Made by a program: the position numbers and the translations under genes. 64,000 bases of DNA from a virus. Taxonomy: Duplodnaviria; Heunggongvirae; Uroviricota; Caudoviricetes. Positions 34,478-43,559 of this stretch are shown here, piece by piece; position 1 is the first letter of the stretch; each line of letters starts with the position of its first letter. The notes under the pieces are model-generated. The model did no database searches and was not told where the DNA came from. It saw only the letters and a list, made by a program, of their open reading frames with translations. Location of the stretch: positions 1 to 64,000 of the IMG/VR virus record IMGVR_UViG_3300035241_000016. The stretch is one strand, 5' to 3'.

Positions 34478-34893
34478 GGCACCACCTCCACAAGCTCGAA
34501 GCGGATCACCCACATCTGGGCGTCGGAGTGGCGCCAGTGGTCGAAGGCGCCCAGGCTGAAGTCCTCGCGGCCGACCTTCTGGCCCCACAGCGTCTTCGGT
34601 AGGTGCTCAGGGTGCTCGTACAGATAGCCGAAGCCCTCGGCCTCGTAGTCGCTGTCGGGCATGGCCGAGATCGGCTCTTTCGTGACAGACACCAGGCGGA
34701 TGGTGGCCACCTTGCGGCCGATAGGCTTACCGGTGTTCCGGTCGACGACGCGCGGACTCTTGTCCCAGGCGTCGACCAGCATCGGCACCTGGCGGGCTAT
34801 GCGCTGAGCGTAGGAGTCGGTCCAATCGCGGCGAGTCACCGTTTTCATGCCGGCCAACAAAGCCGGAGTTGTGTGAGCGAACGAGATGATCAC
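34474..34893 (-). CDS. ASCH (PUA-like) domain protein
   Basis: GTG start; IISFAHTTPALLAGMKTVTRRDW fits the ASCH N-terminal signature. Confidence 0.55.
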   Translation of the reverse strand: MIISFAHTTPALLAGMKTVTRRDWTDSYAQRIARQVPMLVDAWDKSPRVVDRNTGKPIGRKVATIRLVSVTKEPISAMPDSDYEAEGFGYLYEHPEHLPKTLWGQKVGREDFSLGAFDHWRHSDAQMWVIRFELVEVVP

Positions 34894-35417
34894 GCCGACA
34901 CCACCGATAGGGTTGTGGGCGCGTCCAGGCCAGCCCTGGCGCCGAGCGCTCGGCTGTGATGCGTGCACTGGGGGTGACGGTCGTCCGCGCATACGCCGAA
35001 ACTGCAACAGGGGCCGATCACCGCATCGCGTGCCCACCAATCGCTCGGGCTGGGAGCGCCGCACAACACGCAGCAGGTGGCCGCGGGATCGTCGTAGCCG
35101 GAGGCCTCCAGCGCACCGATCAGATCGCGTCCGCGACCCAGGCCAATTGCCGCCCAATGGCGCCAACAGTGCAGCGGGCGCCGCGGACGATCCAGCAGCC
35201 ATAGGTAGAGCTGCACCACTGCCATTGCCTCGGTGCCGCCCATTCCCAGGCTGGCCGGTCTCGCGGTGGGATAGGTACCACCGCCGCGGCGGTCTTGCTG
35301 CAACTGCTTGCGGGCAACGGGGGTAACGATGAACAGTCGGCGGCCGTCCTGCTCGAAGCGATAGGCAGGGTTGATCGCAGCCAGCACGGTGTTCACGTCA
35401 GCCAAGGTGGGGCTCAT
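34890..35417 (-). CDS. hypothetical protein
   Basis: Start MSPTLADV in ATGA overlap; Cys pairs. Confidence 0.4.
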   Translation of the reverse strand: MSPTLADVNTVLAAINPAYRFEQDGRRLFIVTPVARKQLQQDRRGGGTYPTARPASLGMGGTEAMAVVQLYLWLLDRPRRPLHCWRHWAAIGLGRGRDLIGALEASGYDDPAATCCVLCGAPSPSDWWARDAVIGPCCSFGVCADDRHPQCTHHSRALGARAGLDAPTTLSVVSA

Positions 35418-35860
35418 ACGACCGCCCTCATCAACTCGCCCACGGCCTCGAAGTGCCACACGCCGAGCTGGTCCTTGTGCGAGCGGCAGTCCGGACTCAG
35501 GAACAGCGCCATGCTGAACGCGTGATGTGCAATCAGCGGAGCGGATTCGCTATCGAGCTCGCGCCAGCCCTTCCGAGCGGCCAGGAATGGGCACTGCTGC
35601 ATAGCCAGCCGGCCGCAGTCCTCGTGCATCCATGGGTCGGCGAAGCACTGCCTGTGTGCGCTGTCGGGTGCGCCAATGAAGGCGATGGGGCCAGACCGAA
35701 TCTTGCCGTCGCAGACTCCGCAGCGCCGATGCTTCGCGCAGCGGTCAACATGCTCCGGATCGACCGCCTTGAAGTCAACGGGGTGCCGGCGCGCGTCGAC
35801 CATGTAGGGGATGGTCAGCTTGCCCTTGACTGGTCGTTCGTCGAGGCGTGCGCGGCTCAC
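35414..35860 (-). CDS. hypothetical protein
   Basis: 148 aa; HRRCGVCDG...; coupled on both sides. Confidence 0.4.
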   Translation of the reverse strand: MSRARLDERPVKGKLTIPYMVDARRHPVDFKAVDPEHVDRCAKHRRCGVCDGKIRSGPIAFIGAPDSAHRQCFADPWMHEDCGRLAMQQCPFLAARKGWRELDSESAPLIAHHAFSMALFLSPDCRSHKDQLGVWHFEAVGELMRAVV

Positions 35861-36384
35861 GCTCCCACTCCTGCAGCCCGGTACACCTCACGCGGCGTGT
35901 CATAGCCGAGCCGACTTGGATGCCGAGGGCTGCCCGACCCTGTTCGACCCAGGCACCAAAGCTCGATCCCACTGAGCAGCCGAAGCACATCCCGCGGTCG
36001 CCAGTCCCCGGGGCCGGAGTCGCCCCAGGCGACGAGCACGGCCGCGGCGCTCTGCGCCTCAACCCGCAGCCAGTGATCGTTGTCGGGCCCGATCGGATCC
36101 ACGACGGCACGCAGGGCCTTGGGGTCCGTCGACCTCCAGGCAAAGATGTTCGTGACGACAACGCCGTCGTAGCCCCACAGCCGAGCCCATTTCTGCAGCT
36201 TGTGGACGGTCGGGTCGTCGCTCGTCTCGTCAGCGGTGCTGGGATTGAGCGCGATGACATTGAGGCGCCGCGGGTTCGTCTCGTCAGTGAAGTCACGGAA
36301 CAGGCTGTACCGCCACCGGCGGCAGCTGGAGAACAGCGCCCAGCACCGGACGCCATCCGGGCGGACTGTGACGGTAGGGGTCAC
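35857..36384 (-). CDS. DUF1643 domain protein
   Basis: RLNVIALNPSTADETSDDPT...GYDGVVVTNIFAWRSTDPKAL...VAWG matches DUF1643; GTGA overlap with the C5-MTase. Confidence 0.6.
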   Translation of the reverse strand: MTPTVTVRPDGVRCWALFSSCRRWRYSLFRDFTDETNPRRLNVIALNPSTADETSDDPTVHKLQKWARLWGYDGVVVTNIFAWRSTDPKALRAVVDPIGPDNDHWLRVEAQSAAAVLVAWGDSGPGDWRPRDVLRLLSGIELWCLGRTGSGSPRHPSRLGYDTPREVYRAAGVGA

Positions 36385-38153
36385 GCGACGGCCTCGGTCG
36401 ATTCGTCGGTTAGCACTGGTAGGTCGTCGAGCATCGCCTCGAAGAGTGCCCGGGCTGTTTCCAGAGGGACGCTGTTCCCGATCTGCTTGGTGATGTCGGC
36501 CTGCGTGCCCACGAACTTGTAGTCGGGTGGGAAACTGTGGGCGCCGGCCAGTTCAGGTAGGGGCTTGAGCATGCGGTAGCCGATGTCCCCAACGACCACC
36601 ACGAACGTGATCCCGTCGGTGGTCACGAAGCCGAGCCGTCGCGGATCGACGTCTAGGCCTTCGGTCCAGGTTCGGAGCTCGGCGGTAGCGACGGCAATGT
36701 TGTTGCGGATCGTCAGGGTAGGCAGCGGGTCGGCGCTGGAACGGTTGACTCCGTCGTCCTCGCGGCTCGTGTTGGCGACCGTGATGAGCAACGGAGTAAC
36801 CAGGTTGTGATGGCATTCCGTCGTGACAGTTGGCATTGGGTCGTCGATTCCGTGAGTCCGCGGGTGTTGACCTTCACGCTCCTGCAGACGCGGCGTGATA
36901 AACGGCGTGGCGACTGCTAGGCGGTCTTTGGTCATGACGGTCGGCAACGGCTCTTTCGCTGACCGGGCCTCGGCGGTTGGGCCGTAGGGCACGACCTGAG
37001 GAGTAGCGATGGCATGGTGAATGCCGCCGGCGCTGATGGCCCCGATCGGCTCCGTCAGCGGCTTGGCCGTCGACCGTATCTGATAGCCTTTTGTCCCGCG
37101 CAGCGTCACCAGGACGGGGCTGGCAAGTCCGAAGCGGTCACGGACGAAGATGAACGGCTCGAGCGCTTCGGCGCCGTCCTCGGCAACGATGACGAACGGC
37201 TCGCCTGGCTTCCAATCTGTTCCGCACTCCGCGATGTAGCGGTTTTTGGCGGCCTGTGGAATGTCCAGCATGTTGATGTACCAAGGGCCATAGTTCCCCC
37301 AGTACAGTCGCGCGCCGCGGGCAACACGCATCTGGGTGTTGACCGACAGCCGAACCGTGCCATCGGCTTTGTAGATGCTCGGTCCGCGATCGTTCAGATC
37401 CAGCACTTCGGCGGCTGCCCGATAGGGCTTGAGATTCCCGAACATGGTCCGCCGGCCGGCATTCCTCGGGGCATGGGTGGCCATCGGCCAGCGCAGCGGA
37501 CGTCCATCCTTGCGAGCGATGAGGAAAAACCGTCGACGGGTGGTCGGGTCGCCGTAATCCGCGCACGTCAGGACCTTCCAATCGACGTCATAGCCACAGT
37601 CGATGAGGCTCTGACGCCACGCCTGAAAGAAGACGCCTTTACGAGTGGGGTCCGGTCGCTCACCGTCCATCTTCGCGCACTTGGCGATGGACTGGTTATG
37701 GCGCTGGCAATGAGTGTCATGGCCGCGAGTCGGGACGCAGTCTTTGGCGTACAGCATCGGGCCCCAGTCGACGAACTCGGGAACGTTTTCGACGATGAAC
37801 CGGTCAACGTCTAGGTCGGTCAGCCAGCGGTTGATGAGCCAGGGGCTGACACGGAGTTGGTCGGACATGGGCTTCCGGCCGCGGGCTCTGCTGTGGTAGG
37901 TGCACTCGGGACTTGCCCACCCGATGTCGACGTGGCCTCCCCGAATCAACTCGATCGGCTTGACGTCCTCGAGATTGCGGCAGAGGCCCGGGCCGATGTT
38001 CCGCTCGTAGGTCGCGATGGCTACTTTCCAGTGATTCACAGCCGTGATGTGAATGTCATAGCCACGGGCTCGAAGCGCCTGGCGCATGGCTTCGCTTACA
38101 ACGCCCGTCCCGCAGAACAGGTCGAAGCCTTCCAGGGTCTTCGTCGAGCTCAA
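36381..38153 (-). CDS. DNA cytosine-5 methyltransferase (atypical P-E-C catalytic motif)
   Basis: Motif I FCGTGV, motif IV ASPECTY (PEC instead of PCQ), motif VI ENVPEF, motif X GNSVP; 590 aa. Confidence 0.7.
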   Translation of the reverse strand: MSSTKTLEGFDLFCGTGVVSEAMRQALRARGYDIHITAVNHWKVAIATYERNIGPGLCRNLEDVKPIELIRGGHVDIGWASPECTYHSRARGRKPMSDQLRVSPWLINRWLTDLDVDRFIVENVPEFVDWGPMLYAKDCVPTRGHDTHCQRHNQSIAKCAKMDGERPDPTRKGVFFQAWRQSLIDCGYDVDWKVLTCADYGDPTTRRRFFLIARKDGRPLRWPMATHAPRNAGRRTMFGNLKPYRAAAEVLDLNDRGPSIYKADGTVRLSVNTQMRVARGARLYWGNYGPWYINMLDIPQAAKNRYIAECGTDWKPGEPFVIVAEDGAEALEPFIFVRDRFGLASPVLVTLRGTKGYQIRSTAKPLTEPIGAISAGGIHHAIATPQVVPYGPTAEARSAKEPLPTVMTKDRLAVATPFITPRLQEREGQHPRTHGIDDPMPTVTTECHHNLVTPLLITVANTSREDDGVNRSSADPLPTLTIRNNIAVATAELRTWTEGLDVDPRRLGFVTTDGITFVVVVGDIGYRMLKPLPELAGAHSFPPDYKFVGTQADITKQIGNSVPLETARALFEAMLDDLPVLTDESTEAVA

Positions 38154-38500
38154 GCCGCCACCCTCTGAATCGCCACTAGCATGCGCCGTGCGCCAACCAT
38201 GATGGTGATGGCTCGCCGGCGCTGCTGCTGCGCGAACGCCCGCACGTCTTCAGGGTTCTCAGCCAGCCGGTAGCCGCGGGGCTTGGCCGGGATGATGCCC
38301 CAGCCCAGGCCGCGTAGGCCATCGATGGCCTCGCGCACGTCCCGATCCGTGAGCCCCGTGCAGTCACAGAGGTCGGCCCGCATCAGCACGCCGGGCCGGT
38401 TCTGGAAGGCGCGAAGCACCAGCTGCTCGGAAGCAGTGGTCGGCTCCTGCGCCCGCCAGGGCGATCCCTCTGGCAGGGTCAACTGGACCGCCGTGGTCAC
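38150..38500 (-). CDS. hypothetical protein (possible wHTH)
   Basis: 116-aa ORF coupled to the MTase. Confidence 0.4.
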   Translation of the reverse strand: MTTAVQLTLPEGSPWRAQEPTTASEQLVLRAFQNRPGVLMRADLCDCTGLTDRDVREAIDGLRGLGWGIIPAKPRGYRLAENPEDVRAFAQQQRRRAITIMVGARRMLVAIQRVAA

Positions 38501-39300
38501 ACCTTCGCTTCCGCAGCAGGGTTGGGAATCGCTGCCAACAGGGCATCGGCCACATGCTGCTCGGGGATTGCGCGGTCCTCCAGAGGCATCAGCAGCCCAA
38601 ACAGGTCGGCGCCGGGCGACGAATGGAACGTCATGATCGGTTGCGGGTGCTTATCGTCGGCGTGGAACCCGACGACGAAGGCCTGATTCAGTCGCTTCGC
38701 GGCGTGTGCGAATGCAGCGAGCCGCGTGAGGTCAACCGAAACCCAGGTGGTCGGCATCGACGGCAGTGCATAGGCCTTGCGCAATATGGCCCCGATGAAT
38801 GCCAGGTCGACTCTCTCGGCGCGGAATGAATCGGCCATGATGACGATGCCGTGGTCCTGGTTGTGCCAGGTGCCAAGGAGCCCATCGAACGCAGTCTTCT
38901 GCCATTCCTCGGGGCAGTGCGGAGTCAGCATCGCCAGATCGCCAGCCACGACGAGCCGGCCTGGCCTTGGCTGTACCTCGACTTCGAAGCTGTCGCCCTC
39001 TCCCACCATGCGAACGTGCTTGATGGCGGCAGCGGCAAGTAAGTCGTCTGGCAGGTAGAGCTTGATGGGCTCCGTCGCCATGCCCTCCGTGTCCCGAAGA
39101 ACCAGCAGGCGGCAGTAGTCCAGGACCAGCACCAGCGTGCCCTTCTCCTGCGGGATCAGGTACGTGCCGACCTTTCGAGGGTCCCACTGTGACATGAACG
39201 CCATGTCGCTACCAGCGAAGTCCTGGACCTCGCGGATCATCGGCCCCAGCGCGTCGAGAACGGTCGCTGATACGCTGGCGGATAGTGGTCGCTCGGTCAT
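38497..39300 (-). CDS. hypothetical protein
   Basis: 267 aa, protein-like; no motif recognised. Confidence 0.4.
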   Translation of the reverse strand: MTERPLSASVSATVLDALGPMIREVQDFAGSDMAFMSQWDPRKVGTYLIPQEKGTLVLVLDYCRLLVLRDTEGMATEPIKLYLPDDLLAAAAIKHVRMVGEGDSFEVEVQPRPGRLVVAGDLAMLTPHCPEEWQKTAFDGLLGTWHNQDHGIVIMADSFRAERVDLAFIGAILRKAYALPSMPTTWVSVDLTRLAAFAHAAKRLNQAFVVGFHADDKHPQPIMTFHSSPGADLFGLLMPLEDRAIPEQHVADALLAAIPNPAAEAKV

Positions 39301-39478
39301 GCCGCCGCGCCCTCCAGACTGAGCTGCTCAGCGTCGAACAGCGGCAGGGGCGGTGTGCGGGAGCCCTTGGCCGCGAAGTGTTCGCAGTAGCAGCCGCGGA
39401 CCATGCACGGACCTGCAAGCTCGTGCTGATGCTCCGTGTGGGGGCATGTGGTGCAGGGGTCGTTCGGCGCCGCCATCA
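39297..39478 (-). CDS. small zinc-finger protein
   Basis: MAAPNDPCTTCPHTEHQHELAGPCMVRGCYCEH; TGATG junction. Confidence 0.4.
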
Positions 39479-39976
39479 GACCGCCGCTCGCTGCGCATCG
39501 GTCAGTGCCCGGCGTTCCCGGCCCACTCGGACCGGCTTGGCGGACGACAGTCCGCACTGGCACGGGTAATAGCCGCAAGCCTCGCAGAATGTTGGGAGTT
39601 CCGGCCGCACCATCTTCGCGATGGCGTCTTCGATGGTTGGATGGCGTCGTGCGAACGACCCCACGCGGTCCTCGCGCGGATGGAAGTACACCTTCAGGTA
39701 GCGGAAGTTGCAGGGCACGATTTCCACGCGGATGCAGAAGTCGTGTGCCCCAACGACCAAGCGCATCAACAGGCTCCCGTCGTAGCTCGATAGATCCGTG
39801 GTCAGGTTGAGCGCGACGTAGAAGCTGGACCAGTCCGCCGCCAGAACCGCGTGCTCTTGGTGGTAGATGCCGTCGAAGAGCCATTCGCAGAAGCGGGCTA
39901 CGCGCTCGCCCTCGGCACTCAATTCCTTACCGCGCCGGCGGAGCCATTGCGGGCCGAAATTCAGGTCCCGTGGCAT
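39476..39976 (-). CDS. hypothetical protein
   Basis: Start MPRDLNFGPQWLRRRGKELSAEGERVARFCEWLFDG... Confidence 0.45.
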   Translation of the reverse strand: MPRDLNFGPQWLRRRGKELSAEGERVARFCEWLFDGIYHQEHAVLAADWSSFYVALNLTTDLSSYDGSLLMRLVVGAHDFCIRVEIVPCNFRYLKVYFHPREDRVGSFARRHPTIEDAIAKMVRPELPTFCEACGYYPCQCGLSSAKPVRVGRERRALTDAQRAAV

Positions 39977-40521
39977 CAGACCGATGCCTCCTGCGCCGGC
40001 TGGAACAGCGCCAACTGCTGGAATCGCTGCAGGTCCCAACTCCAGAGGCCATGCGTCTGGACGACGTACGCGAATTCCTCGATGTCGTGACCGACGATGA
40101 CCCAGCGCACCTCGCCGTCGTCAGTCAGGGTCTGGCTGATGTGCAGCATCTCGTGCAGCAGCAGCGGCTCAACCTGCTCGCGTGTGAACTGCGACTGGCG
40201 GCAGTTGTCGGCGGCCAGCCAGATGACGAAGTCCGCCTTCGAGTAGTGCGCCAGCAGACCGGACGGCTTCTGACACTGGCCGAACCGCGTCTTCCCCTTG
40301 ACGTTGCCGCCCTGCCGCTTCCAGAGGTAGTGGATGGTGATCTGCGTCAGTACGGACAAGCGGGCATGCTTCTCGATTAGGTCGTCGGCCATTTGCGTCA
40401 GATCTGGCGCGGGCAGGAAATCAACCTCTTCTCCGAAGTCGCCGGTAAACGCGCTGAGCGTCGGAACGGGGTACAGAGCGGACATCTTCGCGGCCCTCAG
40501 GTGCTCACCGAGTACGGTCAC
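39976..40521 (-). CDS. putative Zn-metalloprotease (HExxH; SprT-like)
   Basis: LLLHEMLH zinc-binding motif, preceded by KGKTRFGQCQKPSG...ADFVIWLAADNC. Confidence 0.5.
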   Translation of the reverse strand: MTVLGEHLRAAKMSALYPVPTLSAFTGDFGEEVDFLPAPDLTQMADDLIEKHARLSVLTQITIHYLWKRQGGNVKGKTRFGQCQKPSGLLAHYSKADFVIWLAADNCRQSQFTREQVEPLLLHEMLHISQTLTDDGEVRWVIVGHDIEEFAYVVQTHGLWSWDLQRFQQLALFQPAQEASV

Positions 40522-41909
40522 GTCTGGGCCACCAATCCTGTCGCCATCGCCTCGGGCTCGTCACCCAGCGTCCAGGCCACAGCCTCGCGCGCGTTCCGCA
40601 CGGCCGGCGGCACGCGCAGCCAGTAATCCTTGAAGGAGCCATCCGGCTCTGGCGTGCTGTTGGTGACCTGCACCATCAGGAGATCCTCGTCGCCGGGCAG
40701 CGGTGCTCGCCACAGCGTGCCCCAGTCGTCGGTGCTTACCTTCTCGGCGTTGCACAGCCTGAGGTAGTTCTCCATGCCGAACCGATCGAGCATGATGCGC
40801 CGGATTTCCACGTTGACCTCATCGCGGATCTGCTCCATCGTCAGGGTGTTGGGTGCTTCGACCACCTGTCGGGGTACACGGACGCCGTGAATGGCCCACA
40901 CGCCCCAACCGTCGGGCCAGACCACAGCCGGCCCGTCGTCACAGTGGAGGCGGTGCGAGCCCCAGCCGCGCGGGCGGGACTCGTCGACCAGTTCGCGATG
41001 AATGACCAGCGGACGCTCGCTGACCATGACGAAGTCGCGGTGGGCGTACCACCAGCAGGCGGACTCCATCGTGGCCTCGTAGGCCCGCGCACGGTCCCAC
41101 AGATCACCTAGTAGCTCAAGGTGGCAGACCTCGCGGAAGAAGGATGTCCAGGCTCCGCCATACCACCAGCCGCCCACCCAGAATTGGCCACCGATGATGC
41201 CCCGGTACCAAGATGATCCGATGACCTGCCGGACCGCGTCATCGACCGCGTCATCGACCGCGCCACCGACCGCGTCACGGACCGCGTCATCGACCGCGCC
41301 ACCGACCGCGTCACGGACCGCGCCACGGACCGCGCCACCGACCGCGCCACCGACCGCGTCATCGACCGCGCCACGGACCGCGCCACCGACCGCGTCATCG
41401 ACCGCGCCACCGACCGCGCCACCGACCGCGTCATCGACCGCGCCACGGACCGCGCCACCGACCGCGTCATCGACCGCGCCACGGACCGCGCCACGGACCG
41501 CGCCACGGACCGCGCCACCGACCGCGCCACCGACCGCGTCATCGACCGCGCCACGGACCGCGCCACCGACCGCGCCACCGACCGCGTCACCGACCGCGTC
41601 ACGGACCGCGCCACGGACCGCGCCACCGACCGCGTCATCGACCGCGTCATCGCGTCGCCCTCCTTTCAGTCGGGCAAGGACGTATGACGCCGTGGGGGCC
41701 GCCAGGGCAACCACCAGCGGCGAACTGGTCCAGACAATGACCTTCGGTGGCTGCAGGCCGGCGTAGCGATAGCACTCACGCACGGCCGCCTCAAAGCGAG
41801 GCCTGTCCGCTGGGCCGGTGCGCAGTCCGATTTCGATCCACTTGTCGGCCCACTCCTCGAAGCGGGCCTCTTGCTCCGGTGTCAGCCGGGCGATCTTCTT
41901 AGCCATCAA
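40518..41909 (-). CDS. protein with ~110 consecutive tetrapeptide repeats (D/G/R)-A-V-(G/D/R)
   Basis: Conserved N-terminus MAKKIARLTPEQEARFEEWADKWIEIGLRTGPADRP... and Trp-rich C-terminus; central DAVGGAVRGAVRDAVG... encoded by the 12-bp tandem repeat. Confidence 0.6.
   Translation of the reverse strand: MMAKKIARLTPEQEARFEEWADKWIEIGLRTGPADRPRFEAAVRECYRYAGLQPPKVIVWTSSPLVVALAAPTASYVLARLKGGRRDDAVDDAVGGAVRGAVRDAVGDAVGGAVGGAVRGAVDDAVGGAVGGAVRGAVRGAVRGAVDDAVGGAVRGAVDDAVGGAVGGAVDDAVGGAVRGAVDDAVGGAVGGAVRGAVRDAVGGAVDDAVRDAVGGAVDDAVDDAVRQVIGSSWYRGIIGGQFWVGGWWYGGAWTSFFREVCHLELLGDLWDRARAYEATMESACWWYAHRDFVMVSERPLVIHRELVDESRPRGWGSHRLHCDDGPAVVWPDGWGVWAIHGVRVPRQVVEAPNTLTMEQIRDEVNVEIRRIMLDRFGMENYLRLCNAEKVSTDDWGTLWRAPLPGDEDLLMVQVTNSTPEPDGSFKDYWLRVPPAVRNAREAVAWTLGDEPEAMATGLVAQT
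41228..41652. repeat. 12-bp tandem repeat (gaccgcg[tc]ca[ct][cg]) x ~36, coding
   Basis: Visible directly; period 12, four unit variants interleaved. Confidence 0.8.
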
Positions 41910-42247
41910 TCAGCGACGCGCCGGATGGCTTCCGGGCTGTACTCCCTCTGGATGCGCACCCGGTAGACGCCAGGCTCCAGAGCGATGGCGGCGTGCTCGT
42001 CATGTGTCAGCGTGGCGCCGTTTGGACCAACGCGCAACCAGCGATCAGCCGCTTCGGCGGTGGTCGCGAACAGCTCGACCTCGGGGCTGACGATGACGTG
42101 CGCGTGACCGGTCACCTCGCCGTAGGCCAGGACAACCCGACCCCTGTCGCGCGTGATCGGTTGCGCTGCCGGCGGAATGTCGCCGTCGGCCTTGACCAGG
42201 TAGACGTCGCCCTGGCGGTAGCGGGGTTGGACCTTCTTGTTCACCAT
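41906..42247 (-). CDS. hypothetical protein
   Basis: Start MVNKKVQPRY preceded by AAAGGAG. Confidence 0.45.
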   Translation of the reverse strand: MVNKKVQPRYRQGDVYLVKADGDIPPAAQPITRDRGRVVLAYGEVTGHAHVIVSPEVELFATTAEAADRWLRVGPNGATLTHDEHAAIALEPGVYRVRIQREYSPEAIRRVAD

Positions 42248-42266
42248 GAGACTCCTTTTCGTTGGG

Positions 42267-43559
42267 CTAGCCGGCCTGTGCCGGCTGCTGGTCATGCTCA
42301 TCAATGGCACCGCCTGACGCGAGTTGGACGATCTCGCCGAATGTGAGCTCATCGGCGTTTCGGGGCACGACGCCCTGGTTGTGGGCCATCTGCTTCTGGA
42401 AGGTGCTGTACGCCTGGAAGTGCTCCGGGATGCCGCGGTCGCGATACGGCACCTTGCGCCAGGTGGCGCCGGCCGGGGAGGAGGCGCCCGGAGCGGCCCG
42501 ATCCGTACCGGCGGACGTACCATTTTCCTGGCCTTCCGACTGTGCGCTCGATGCCGGTGTTGTCGTCGCTACGTCGGTTTGGGGCGCAGTAGCTCCCGCT
42601 TGCGCGTTGTTCTTTACGGACGCCTCCTCTCCCGGCTCAGTACCCGTGAGTTCAGTGGCCTCGACGTCGATCGCGTCGTCGGGCGGAATATCCTCCGAAG
42701 GTGGCGGCAGAGTCGGGCCGCTGGGCGCCGCGATCTGTGGCACCTGCGCAGCGCCTGGCATCAGCACGAAGGCTTCCTCGAGGCGGAGGACAGGGACTCG
42801 AGATGCATGCGGGCCGAACACTGCCGATCGACCCTTCTTCTCTTTAATGGAAAGCGTTGCGGCGATGGGCCGGCCATCCTGCTGGCGCGAGAGGTACTCG
42901 GCCTGGATAACGACGTTCGTCCAGTGCTGCGCTGCGTAATTCCCGTGACACACGACGTCCCACACGCCGCGAAAGGGAATCCCTCGAATGCCGACCTTGA
43001 GCCGGGTCACACGCGCACACGCATCCGCATCGCTTCGGTCGCAGCTGCAGGGTCGAGGTATCCAGGGTGGTTGCGTCTTGTCGTCGCGTGCGAGAGGGTT
43101 AGGAACCATAGCGATCTGTCCATCGCAGTACTTCTGCATGGCGTGGCTCCCGTTGTAGGCCTCATAGCGAGGACCAACCAGCGTGTCGGGAAGGGGAAAT
43201 AGCAGGACCGGCAAGACGCTGGCCGTCAGAACGGTCTGCCAGGCGGGTCCATCCGGCGAGTCCCAGGGAGTGATGGTTGCCGGATCGCCGTGGACGCGGG
43301 CTAGCTCTTCGAGGTCATCCCGCTCAAGCGCGGTGGCGCGGAAGCGGTCGAGGGCTTCTCCGAACCCCATGACGGGCTTGCCGTTCCGACCGATGAGCGG
43401 CTTGCCACTGCGTAGTACGGGTCGCTTCGGGCCACCAAGGCGCAGCCGACCAACAACATCAAGCTTCTGTTCGGTGCCCACAATCTGCGGTTGTGGCCGG
43501 TCGGAAGGGCTGATCTCCGCAGCCTGACGTACGGCTACTGCGGTTGACGGTGAACTCAT
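42267..43559 (-). CDS. hypothetical protein with acidic Pro/Thr/Ser-rich C-terminal region (possible recombination/nuclease-type early protein)
   Basis: 430 aa from MSSPSTAVAV (ATGA overlap with HNH paralog 2); Cys cluster CSCDRSDADAC; acidic low-complexity tail. Confidence 0.45.
   Translation of the reverse strand: MSSPSTAVAVRQAAEISPSDRPQPQIVGTEQKLDVVGRLRLGGPKRPVLRSGKPLIGRNGKPVMGFGEALDRFRATALERDDLEELARVHGDPATITPWDSPDGPAWQTVLTASVLPVLLFPLPDTLVGPRYEAYNGSHAMQKYCDGQIAMVPNPLARDDKTQPPWIPRPCSCDRSDADACARVTRLKVGIRGIPFRGVWDVVCHGNYAAQHWTNVVIQAEYLSRQQDGRPIAATLSIKEKKGRSAVFGPHASRVPVLRLEEAFVLMPGAAQVPQIAAPSGPTLPPPSEDIPPDDAIDVEATELTGTEPGEEASVKNNAQAGATAPQTDVATTTPASSAQSEGQENGTSAGTDRAAPGASSPAGATWRKVPYRDRGIPEHFQAYSTFQKQMAHNQGVVPRNADELTFGEIVQLASGGAIDEHDQQPAQAG

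Noticed and set aside
41228-41652. Possible CRISPR array (regular short repeats)
   Set aside because: Period is 12 bp with no unique spacers; it is a coding tandem repeat inside ORF 40518..41909 (tetrapeptide repeats), so not CRISPR.
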